A stretch of DNA of 60,071 nt from Thermoplasmata archaeon (GTDB lineage: Archaea; Thermoplasmatota; E2; DHVEG-1): the NCBI GenBank assembly GCA_030640585.1, contig DAOWIZ010000080.1:1-60071 (forward strand), written 5' to 3'. The translations under genes were made by a program, and so were the position numbers. The notes below the pieces were generated by a model. It made no database searches and was not told where the DNA came from. It was given only the letters and a program-made list of their open reading frames with translations. Shown one piece after another: positions 49,272 through 57,808 of this stretch (the first letter of the stretch is position 1; the number at the start of each line of letters is the position of its first letter).

Positions 49272-50330
49272 ATGCAAAGCAAAAAAAGTACTGGGATATG
49301 TGTTTGCCTTAAAGACGCAGAGAAAACACGCAAACATCTCTCTGAAAAAAACTTGATAAGAAAGGATTTAAAAATTGAAAAAGATGAACATTTTATTTAT
49401 TTCCCAGTAAAAAGCACGCCTAAAGGAATTAACTTTTACAAAGTCATAAAAAAAGAATTTAAGGAAATAGAAAAAAAACCTACATCATACAAAGAAATAA
49501 TCAAAATCCCTGATAAATTCAAACAAAAACTACCAACGTCCTATGACGCAATTGGTGATATAATACTAATCAAAATACCAGACAATCTGCTAAAATATAA
49601 AAGAGAGATAGGAACAGCACTACTAACATCTAAGAAAAACATAAAGACAGTATGCCTAGTTGAACCAGTCACAGGCGAATACAGAACAAGAAAAATACAG
49701 GTGATAGCAGGAGAAAAAAACACAAAAACCATCTATAAAGAACATGGCTTAACCTTTGAATTAGATGTTGAAAACACCTATTTTTCTCCAAGACTTGCAA
49801 CAGAAAGAAAAAGAATAAGTAGCCTTGTAAAGCATGGTGAAACAATAGTTGACATGTTCACAGGCATTGCACCATTTCCCATTATGATTGCAAAACATGC
49901 AGACCCGAAAATTATCTATGCAATAGATAAAAATAAACATGCTGTAAAATATGCAAAACAAAACATAAAACTTAACAACGTCCTTGATAAAATAGAGGTA
50001 ATAAATGCAGATGCTGCAGATATTAGTCAAGTCTTATTAGAGAGAAACGTAAAAGCAGACCGGATAATAATGAACCTTCCATTTTCTGCATATAAATACT
50101 TCCAAAACGCACTGGATATAATTGCAAAAACCTGCATTATCCACTATTATGACATACTCAACGAAGAGGAAATTCCAGAAAGAATAGAAAATTTGAAAAA
50201 GATAGCAGAAAAAAAACATATATCTTTGGAAACTCTAAAAGTTAAAAAGATTAAAACATATGCACCTAGAGAATTTTATATAGGAATAGATATTACGGCA
50301 AAGAAAAAACATGAAATGTTGCCGATGTAG
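49272..50330 (+). CDS. trm5: Met-10+/Trm5-family tRNA methyltransferase (Trm5 or Taw2-type)
   Basis: VDMFTGIAPFPIMIA SAM motif and IMNLPFSA motif. The track ORF start (49119) overlaps tRNA-Tyr, so ATG 49272 is preferred. The last 10 nt overlap tRNA-Thr. Confidence 0.8.
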   Translation: MQSKKSTGICVCLKDAEKTRKHLSEKNLIRKDLKIEKDEHFIYFPVKSTPKGINFYKVIKKEFKEIEKKPTSYKEIIKIPDKFKQKLPTSYDAIGDIILIKIPDNLLKYKREIGTALLTSKKNIKTVCLVEPVTGEYRTRKIQVIAGEKNTKTIYKEHGLTFELDVENTYFSPRLATERKRISSLVKHGETIVDMFTGIAPFPIMIAKHADPKIIYAIDKNKHAVKYAKQNIKLNNVLDKIEVINADAADISQVLLERNVKADRIIMNLPFSAYKYFQNALDIIAKTCIIHYYDILNEEEIPERIENLKKIAEKKHISLETLKVKKIKTYAPREFYIGIDITAKKKHEMLPM

Positions 50331-50393
50331 CTCAGCTGGCAGAGCGGCTGACTTGTAATCAGCAGGTCGGGGGTTCAAATCCCTCCATCGGCT
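50321..50393 (+). tRNA. tRNA-Thr (UGU)
   Basis: Acceptor GCCGAUG/CAUCGGC, anticodon arm GCUGA-CUUGUAA-UCAGC, T arm GGGGG-UUCAAAU-CCCUC. Confidence 0.93.
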
Positions 50394-50499
50394 TTAAATA
50401 TGTAATGATTACCTAGTTACTTCCAATTATATATTTCCCATTGGGATTGTAAATAATTAAAGGAAAAATATAAGTTACACTTTATATTACATCGTACCA

Positions 50500-50904
50500 A
50501 TGGCAGGTTTGAAAAGTAGAAGTGTAGGAGTTGTTGTAACTAATAACGAAAGGGATTTGTTTTACATCCAACAAAAAGATGAACTACATCCAATTCCAGA
50601 ATTTAGATTATTTTTTACTTTTTTTGGCGGACAATTAAAGAAAAATGAAGAAGAAAAAATTGCGTTAAAGAGAGAATTATTAGAAGAATTAGAGCAAAAT
50701 GCAGCTATATTAATTTATGACGAAAGTAAAAAGATGTTTGATAGTGGACTTATGCAATGGGAAAAAGGAGTATGTGAATTTTCGTTATATGAAGCAGCTT
50801 TACCAACTGAAAAACTAATGCATATCTCCAAATTACCCATTAGAGAAGGAAAACAGGGATGTTTAATTACTTCAATAGGTGGTAGTTCACCAAAACTTCG
50901 GTAG
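50500..50904 (+). CDS. NUDIX hydrolase-like protein (3' end possibly remodelled by an IS-end fragment)
   Basis: Nudix box GQLKKNEEEKIALKRELLEELE (G-x5-E-x7-RE-x2-EE). The last 9 codons are encoded by GGTGGTAGTTCAC and the sequence after it. Confidence 0.6.
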   Translation: MAGLKSRSVGVVVTNNERDLFYIQQKDELHPIPEFRLFFTFFGGQLKKNEEEKIALKRELLEELEQNAAILIYDESKKMFDSGLMQWEKGVCEFSLYEAALPTEKLMHISKLPIREGKQGCLITSIGGSSPKLR

Positions 50905-50976
50905 TCGTTGGTGGTTGAGACATATAGATATAGTAGTCAAATTAAAAAAAGGGAATCAATATAATGGAGGGAAAAA

Positions 50977-51888
50977 ATGGAAAAAATAGAAAAACAAACG
51001 GGAAAATTATTTGGGAGACTATGGCATAGATTTAATGATGAACAATATGAACAATCTGTTGAATTGTTTGCAAAGAGATTCAAAGATAATGATTTTGATT
51101 TAGAATGGTTCAAAAATAAAATATGTCTTGATGCAGGTTGTGGTGGTGGTCGCTATTCTGTTGCAATGGCATCATTAGGTGCAAAACAGGTTATTGGCTG
51201 TGATATTTCAGAGGATGGAATAGTTGATGCTCGTGATAGATGCAGAAGCATTCCCAACATAAGATTTGATGTTGCTAATATACTTGATTTACCATATGAA
51301 GACAATTTTTTTGATTTTGTATGCTGTAGTGGCGTAATTCATCATACAATAAATCCTTTACGTGGTATTGCAGAGGTTTCGCGGGTATTAAAAACAGGTG
51401 GAAAAGCATATTTTTTAATATATGGGAAGGGAACAATTCGATGGGAATTAATGGTTAATCTTAGAACTTATTTACACTATATTGGATATAATATTATAAA
51501 CAAAGCAGCATGTGATTTTTTCCCTGCGAATAAACAGCGACATTTCCTAGATGATTTCTTTACCCCCATATTAAACTTTTTTTCAAGGACAGATATAACA
51601 AGAATGCTTTCAGCATGTGATTTTAACAAAATTGATTTTTGGGAGAAAGGGCGTTATTTTCATGAGGCAGATGCTAAAGCTCAGGTTGAAGAGTTTTATC
51701 TGTTAATTGATTTCTTTAATTTTTTAAGAGAGTCAAAGCATATGAAATCAGTACATAATGGAAAAGAAATTGTCGATATTATGATAAATTTAGTTAGCGA
51801 AACCATAGCCAATTCAATGGTTTTGGGAGATAATATTTTTGGTGTTGATGGTGCTGGAAATAATCGTGTTTTATCTGTGAAAGTTTAA
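50977..51888 (+). CDS. class I SAM-dependent methyltransferase
   Basis: Motif I is CLDAGCGGGRYS. Post-I and motif II patterns are also present (DFVCCSGVIHH). Confidence 0.8.
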   Translation: MEKIEKQTGKLFGRLWHRFNDEQYEQSVELFAKRFKDNDFDLEWFKNKICLDAGCGGGRYSVAMASLGAKQVIGCDISEDGIVDARDRCRSIPNIRFDVANILDLPYEDNFFDFVCCSGVIHHTINPLRGIAEVSRVLKTGGKAYFLIYGKGTIRWELMVNLRTYLHYIGYNIINKAACDFFPANKQRHFLDDFFTPILNFFSRTDITRMLSACDFNKIDFWEKGRYFHEADAKAQVEEFYLLIDFFNFLRESKHMKSVHNGKEIVDIMINLVSETIANSMVLGDNIFGVDGAGNNRVLSVKV

Positions 51889-52036
51889 TAACAAACAACG
51901 CATTATACTCATTGATTTGATGAAGGAAATATTATGTCAATACAAGAGAAGCAATGATTGATGTGCCGATTATACCGCCTTTAGAGATAGTCCTAAGGAA
52001 ATATCTTTCTAACTTAGGTAAGGCAAAGGATGCTCG

Positions 52037-53482
52037 ATGACCATGATGACTGCAAAACAATATGAAGAAAGTTTGAAGAAATTAAATTTAGTTGCTTACA
52101 TGTTTGGTAAGCGTTTAGAAAATATAGTAGAAGACCCTATCATTCGTCCATCAATGAATGCTGTTGCCAAAACATATGAATTAGCACATCAGTCCAAGTA
52201 CAAAGATATAATGACTGCTACTTCCCATATTACCGGAAAAAGGATCAATCGTTTTACACACATCCATCAAAATATCGATGATCTGGTAAAGAAGAGCAAA
52301 ATGGGAAGATTATTGGGTAGTTTAACAGGGTGCTGTTTTCAAAGATGCGTTGGAATGGATGCCCTTAATGCCTCATCCATTGTGACCTTTAATATAGATG
52401 ACAAACATGGTACAGAATACTACAAACGTTTTTTGAAATATCTTGAGTATGTTCAAGAAAACGATCTAACATGTAATGGTGCCATGACCGATCCCAAAGG
52501 AGACAGAAGCCTACCCCCAAATAAACAACCAGATCCTGATCATTTTCTACATGTAGTTGAAGAGAAAAAAGATGGGATTATAGTTAGAGGAGCAAAAGCA
52601 CATCAGACAGGTGCTGTAAATTCTCACGAAATAATAGTTATGCCAACAATGGCCATGAAAAAAGAAGATGAAGACTATGCCATTTCTTTTGCCATACCCA
52701 GTGACACTAAAGGAGTTAACTATATCATTGGACGCCAGTCCTGTGATGCCAGGAAATTGGATAGCAAAAGCATGGATCAAGGGAATATATTTTTTGGAGG
52801 GCATGAGGCTCTGATCATTTTTGATGATGTCTTTGTTCCATGGGACCGTGTTTTCATGTATAAGGAATATACTTTTGCAGCACAAATTGTTGAAAAATTT
52901 GCCGCATATCACCGGCAAAGCTATGCATGTAAGACCGGTGTTGGAGATGTCCTAATAGGTGCATCTCAAACAATTGCTGAATATAATAATACCCATAAGG
53001 CTTCGCATATCAGGGACAAAATCATTGAAATGAGCCATTTGAACGAAACTCTATATTGTGGCTGTATAGCTTGTGCCTCAGAAGGCCATAAAGAACCAAG
53101 TGGAACATATTGTGTCAACACATTACTTGCCAATGTTCATAAACAAAATATTACTAGATTTCCTTATGAAATCTCACGACTCGCTCAAGACATTGCTGGA
53201 GGATTAATGGTAACTATGCCATCAGAAAAGGATTTTAAATCTCCAGATACAAGTAAATGGCTAGAAAAATATTTTAAAGGCAATCCTAACATCTCAACTG
53301 AAAATAGAATGCGCATACTAAGATTGATTGAAAATATTACCCTCGGTTCAGCAGCAGTAGGTTATCTAACAGAATCTATGCATGGAGCCGGATCGCCGCA
53401 AGCGCAAAGGATAATGATTTCTCGTTCCATAGACTTAGAGGAAAGAAAGAAGGTAGCAAAAAAACTATGTGGCATTGATTAA
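52037..53482 (+). CDS. abfD: 4-hydroxybutyryl-CoA dehydratase / vinylacetyl-CoA isomerase family (AbfD/HpaB fold)
   Basis: N-terminus MTAKQYEESLKKLNLVAYMFGKRLENIVEDPIIRPSMNAV, and the cluster region CCFQRCVGMDALNA, closely follow the clostridial AbfD sequence as recalled. Confidence 0.85.
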   Translation: MTMMTAKQYEESLKKLNLVAYMFGKRLENIVEDPIIRPSMNAVAKTYELAHQSKYKDIMTATSHITGKRINRFTHIHQNIDDLVKKSKMGRLLGSLTGCCFQRCVGMDALNASSIVTFNIDDKHGTEYYKRFLKYLEYVQENDLTCNGAMTDPKGDRSLPPNKQPDPDHFLHVVEEKKDGIIVRGAKAHQTGAVNSHEIIVMPTMAMKKEDEDYAISFAIPSDTKGVNYIIGRQSCDARKLDSKSMDQGNIFFGGHEALIIFDDVFVPWDRVFMYKEYTFAAQIVEKFAAYHRQSYACKTGVGDVLIGASQTIAEYNNTHKASHIRDKIIEMSHLNETLYCGCIACASEGHKEPSGTYCVNTLLANVHKQNITRFPYEISRLAQDIAGGLMVTMPSEKDFKSPDTSKWLEKYFKGNPNISTENRMRILRLIENITLGSAAVGYLTESMHGAGSPQAQRIMISRSIDLEERKKVAKKLCGID

Positions 53483-53528
53483 GACCAAGTATCAATAGGG
53501 TTGACGCAGTTAGCAGTATAACTTTATC

Positions 53529-55736
53529 TTAACTTTTTCTTTTACGCTTAAGGGCCAATACGAACAATATTGCTACTAGTGAAAAGGTTATCTCAAAACC
53601 AGGTAATCCAAGAAAACCTGATGGATCATCCTTTATGGTCATAACAAGAACATGTGTTGTATCAGTGTCTGACTCATCATAATGGTCTGTAACTGTAAGG
53701 GTAACTGTATAATTTTTTGCTTTTGAATAACTATAAGATGGATGTGGGTCTGTTGAGTTACCTACACCATCACCAAAATTCCAATAATATGTCAACTCTT
53801 CATTTTCATTTATATCAAGATCAGGGTCTGTCGTTCCACTACTACTAAAATCTACCACTTTGCCAATATTAACCTCATATGGCCCACCAGCATTTGCAAC
53901 GGGTGGATCGTTTTCTTGACCTTTGATATCTACTGTAACATCTACAGTGCTAATTCCTCCTTTGTCATCTATCACTACTAATGAGGCAGTATATTTACCA
54001 GAGTCCTCATAAGTATGAGTAGGGGAAACCACATTTGTAACACTTGAGCCATCACCAAAACCCCATCTATAAAATACTATCTCACCATCAGAATCACTGC
54101 TACCAGAACCATCAAATTGAATGGCTTCACCTATCTGGCCACTATAAGGGCCACCAGCATCAACTGTTGGTTTTTCATTATCGAACGGAACTTCAAGAGT
54201 TGAGAAAATATAATCAGATGATCTTGTCTGCGTATATTTGTCTTTTACGATTACATACCATACACAGATATAATCATATCCTACCCCTATATAACTATAT
54301 TTTGTGCTAAACGCAACAGAGGCTGTTGCACCACTGTTGACATTAGTAGAACCAACTAAATGCGATACGTTATTTTGTATATAATAAAAGTCAACATCTA
54401 ACCTACTTTTATATGGACTTGGATCAGGGTCAACAACTTTTACGCTAAGAACTGGATGTAAACTAACACCTTCTCCAAGATGAGCAGGATTGGGGCCTGA
54501 GATCCCAGGGGCATCTTGATATCTACCCTTTGGATGTTCATCTCTTACCCCGCCTAATGTATAAAAGAAGTCTGAGTCAACTAAAGTGTCAAGATTACTG
54601 GGATTCTGAGGATCTGGACCATAAAAATCATCCCAGTAGTTACCAAGATTTTCGTTATCCCAAATATTATTACCATTTTCTTTTGCAAAATGCCCATAAG
54701 AGCCGCTAGAGTCGACAAATGTATTATTGTAAATTATATTTTCACTTGCACTTGACATAGTATATATACCATATGATAACTGGTCATTAATACGATTGGA
54801 AAAAATAACGCAGTTTGATGCTCCAAGCATAATACCCATGTTATTCATGTATATCCAGTTTTCTAGTATTTGAGAACCTGAAGAAGTTATATCTATACCT
54901 GAGTTACTATTGCCTTTGATAGTATTGTTCTTTATGACATTTTCATTTCCATTTTTGATGTAGACACCATTAATTGCATTATTGCAGATTATATTCCCTT
55001 GGATATAGTTCTCACTGGAACCGGTGGAATATATCCCATGATTATTAAACAGAATCTCATTGTTTTCAATGTTGTTAGAATTGGAAGAAATAAGGCGGAT
55101 ACCCTGAGAACCGCTACAATTATCAATTTTATTACCATAAATACTGTTTCCACTAGCACCGTTAAGATCAATGCCTAATGTATAACTTATCACATTATTT
55201 TTTATGACAGCGCCTTGAGCACCATCAAGAAAAATACCATATCCTCTTTCACTCTGAGTAATCTTATTATTGATGATGGAAACATCATCAACATCCGAAG
55301 GAATGCGTATAATTGCTTTACGATGAGAGGTACTTGTAAGATCTTTTATTGTAAAACCTCCAATAGAAACAGAGCTAGCCGTTATATCTATCATGTAAGG
55401 TTCCAATGAACTACCTGTGATGAAAGTATTACTTACATCCTCAGATATAAGATGTATTGATTTATCTATACTAAAACCAGTAGAATAACTACCTTTTAGT
55501 ACATTTATTGTATCTCCGTTATTAGCAGCTTCAATAGCATCAGAAATTGATCTATATGGATTGTTAATTGTACCTGTTGCCTCATCAGGATACCTTTGAT
55601 CATCATCAACCCAAATATCCTGTCCAGATGCTCCATTTACTCCTGTAGAATATAACTCTACATTATATAAAACAACAAAACAACTCACAAATAAGATACA
55701 ACTAATTGCTCCTGCTAATACTTTATATTTGTGCAT
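53529..55736 (-). CDS. secreted right-handed beta-helix (NosD/PbH1-like) protein with two PKD domains and a PGF-CTERM signal
   Basis: Signal peptide. Many ~22-aa repeats of type NN.I..N..GI.L..S..N.I. PKD motifs YRWGFGDGS and YYWNFGDGV. C-terminus is LPGFEITFSLVAILFVLALKRKRKS. Confidence 0.85.
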   Translation of the reverse strand: MHKYKVLAGAISCILFVSCFVVLYNVELYSTGVNGASGQDIWVDDDQRYPDEATGTINNPYRSISDAIEAANNGDTINVLKGSYSTGFSIDKSIHLISEDVSNTFITGSSLEPYMIDITASSVSIGGFTIKDLTSTSHRKAIIRIPSDVDDVSIINNKITQSERGYGIFLDGAQGAVIKNNVISYTLGIDLNGASGNSIYGNKIDNCSGSQGIRLISSNSNNIENNEILFNNHGIYSTGSSENYIQGNIICNNAINGVYIKNGNENVIKNNTIKGNSNSGIDITSSGSQILENWIYMNNMGIMLGASNCVIFSNRINDQLSYGIYTMSSASENIIYNNTFVDSSGSYGHFAKENGNNIWDNENLGNYWDDFYGPDPQNPSNLDTLVDSDFFYTLGGVRDEHPKGRYQDAPGISGPNPAHLGEGVSLHPVLSVKVVDPDPSPYKSRLDVDFYYIQNNVSHLVGSTNVNSGATASVAFSTKYSYIGVGYDYICVWYVIVKDKYTQTRSSDYIFSTLEVPFDNEKPTVDAGGPYSGQIGEAIQFDGSGSSDSDGEIVFYRWGFGDGSSVTNVVSPTHTYEDSGKYTASLVVIDDKGGISTVDVTVDIKGQENDPPVANAGGPYEVNIGKVVDFSSSGTTDPDLDINENEELTYYWNFGDGVGNSTDPHPSYSYSKAKNYTVTLTVTDHYDESDTDTTHVLVMTIKDDPSGFLGLPGFEITFSLVAILFVLALKRKRKS

Positions 55737-55850
55737 CTTTTTCCCATCTCCTTAGACAAGGACAAATATTGTAACAGGATTTATAGTTTTCTCATTAAAT
55801 TCAAGCAAATCACATACTCTTTAAAGATACCGTACATACTCCTTAAATCT

Positions 55851-56315
55851 ATGAAAGTATGCATCGGCGGTACATTTGACATATTACATAAGGGTCATAA
55901 ATTGTTAATAGATACAGCGTTCAAGATAGCAGGGGAAAAAGGAACTGTTTTCATAGGACTTGCAACAGGTGATTTGTTAAAAAATAAGAAAAATGTAAAA
56001 ACCTTTGAGCAAAGGGAGAAAAATATACATAAATACTTATTTGACAAGGGGTTTAATAGCAAAGTAGTAATAAAACCAATTAATGACGAATACGGGCCAA
56101 CACTAAACAAGGATTTTGATGTAATTGTTGTATCACCTGAGACAACAAAAACGGCAGAGGAAATAAATATTAAAAGGAGAGACAACGGTAAAAAACCTCT
56201 AAGAATTGTTCAAATACCATTTGTCAATGCAGATGATAACAAACCAATAAGTACTACAAGAGTAAAAAACAAAGAAATAGATGAAAATGGACAAATACTA
56301 AAAACTGGAGATTAA
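55851..56315 (+). CDS. coaD: archaeal phosphopantetheine adenylyltransferase (cytidylyltransferase fold)
   Basis: MKVCIGGTFDILHKGHKLLI carries the (H/T)xGH nucleotidyltransferase motif. Length ~154 aa from ATG 55851. Confidence 0.85.
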   Translation: MKVCIGGTFDILHKGHKLLIDTAFKIAGEKGTVFIGLATGDLLKNKKNVKTFEQREKNIHKYLFDKGFNSKVVIKPINDEYGPTLNKDFDVIVVSPETTKTAEEINIKRRDNGKKPLRIVQIPFVNADDNKPISTTRVKNKEIDENGQILKTGD

Positions 56316-56362
56316 CTTTATATAGGACATCTTATTACATCGAGAAAAAAGGGTGATCGAAA

Positions 56363-56662
56363 TTGACCTATGTAATCTTTGAAGTAAAAACTGAAAATGT
56401 TGGAAAAATAAACAATGTCATAAAAGATGATCTAGTAAGCAGACAAAGTATTCTTACAAGGGATGCAAGCTCACTTGGAATTGATGGAGATGCTTTTTAT
56501 CTGAAAATAGAAGGAAGCAAAGAAGGGGTTAAAAAAGCAGAGGAACTTGCAAAAGAACAAAAGTTCAAAAAACTAGATAAAAAAAAAGCCAAAGAAATCA
56601 ATGATAAAATCCTAGAACAAGAAGACTCGGCAGCTTCGGGTATGGGAATGATCTTTGACTAA
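56363..56662 (+). CDS. hypothetical protein with K-rich linker and ribosomal-stalk-like acidic C-terminal tail
   Basis: 99-aa ORF with a TTG start. C-terminus is ..EQEDSAASGMGMIFD. Confidence 0.5.
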   Translation: MTYVIFEVKTENVGKINNVIKDDLVSRQSILTRDASSLGIDGDAFYLKIEGSKEGVKKAEELAKEQKFKKLDKKKAKEINDKILEQEDSAASGMGMIFD

Positions 56663-56679
56663 AAAAACCACCTATTTTT

Positions 56680-57687
56680 TTATATTTTCCAATACTCTTT
56701 TATCTCACTTTTAATCCTGTTAATAACTTCTTCTACATTTGTATTTTCACTGGCAACATCATCAAACAATATTTTGTTACCAGTTAACTGTCCAAGTTGG
56801 GAAACTAAACATTTACCGATCCACTCCAGATTGTATCCACCTTCTAGTGTACAAACTATTTTTGGTTGAATTTCTTGGAATTTTTTTATTAATTCTCCGT
56901 AAAAGTTAGATGTAAGTTTCAAACCGCCAAGTGGGTCTAGATGATGCGAGTCAAAACCAGAGGAAAAAATAATCAGATCAGGTTTGAATTCTCTTGCTAC
57001 CGGGAGAAAAACCTCATCCAGTATTTGAGATACAGCACTATTTCCATTACCATAAGAGAGAGGAGCATTAATTGTAAATCCCTTTCCAGCCCCAGTACCA
57101 ATTTCATCGATAGACCCAGTCCCTGGGTAATATGGCGAAAGATGTATTGATTGATACATCACATCATTTCTATCAAAAAAAATATCCTGTGTACCATTTC
57201 CATGATGTACATCAGGGTCAAAAATCAATACATGCTTACCTGTTTTAGTAATTTCATGTGCAGCAAGTGCAGCATTGTTAAACAAACAAAAACCCATGGA
57301 TCTATCCCTAGTTGCATGATGACCAGGCGGACGAGTTAGTACAAACGCGCTATTCATTTTTCCACTGAGCACGTTTTTACAGGCCATAACCAGCCCTCCT
57401 GCTGCAAGCCTAGCAACATCATAGCCATCTTTACAAACATAGGTATCAGGGTCAATCCATGAACCACCAGCAGCACTGCTTTCCTTAACTATTTCAATCA
57501 TTTCCCCTGCATGAACCTCATAAAGATTTTTTTCAGGTAATATATCTGGCTCAACAAAACTTAGATCATCCACAAATGGTGATTTTTGTATCTCCTCAAG
57601 AATTACATCAAGTCTTCTAGCATTTTCAGGATGACCTGCATTATCATGTTTGTGAGATTCTTTTGAATATATTATTTGAGTCGTCAT
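56680..57687 (-). CDS. histone deacetylase-family enzyme (AcuC / acetylpolyamine amidohydrolase-like)
   Basis: RPPGHHA, DPDVHHGNGTQ and GFDSH motifs. Start taken at ATG 57687 (MTTQIIY). Confidence 0.88.
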   Translation of the reverse strand: MTTQIIYSKESHKHDNAGHPENARRLDVILEEIQKSPFVDDLSFVEPDILPEKNLYEVHAGEMIEIVKESSAAGGSWIDPDTYVCKDGYDVARLAAGGLVMACKNVLSGKMNSAFVLTRPPGHHATRDRSMGFCLFNNAALAAHEITKTGKHVLIFDPDVHHGNGTQDIFFDRNDVMYQSIHLSPYYPGTGSIDEIGTGAGKGFTINAPLSYGNGNSAVSQILDEVFLPVAREFKPDLIIFSSGFDSHHLDPLGGLKLTSNFYGELIKKFQEIQPKIVCTLEGGYNLEWIGKCLVSQLGQLTGNKILFDDVASENTNVEEVINRIKSEIKEYWKI

Positions 57688-57808
57688 AAAAATCCAAGTA
57701 AAGCAAATATATTGAGAAGATATAAAATTAATCAATTTCTCACATGTTTTAAGTACAAATAATGTATTGCAGGCACCAGAAAATATTATTTATCGGGGAA
57801 AAACTGTT

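Noticed and set aside
51889-52036. UGAUGA-like boxes (tttgatgaagg, aatgattgatg), suggesting a C/D box sRNA upstream of abfD.
   Set aside because: No properly spaced CUGA D/D' boxes or terminal stem could be found.
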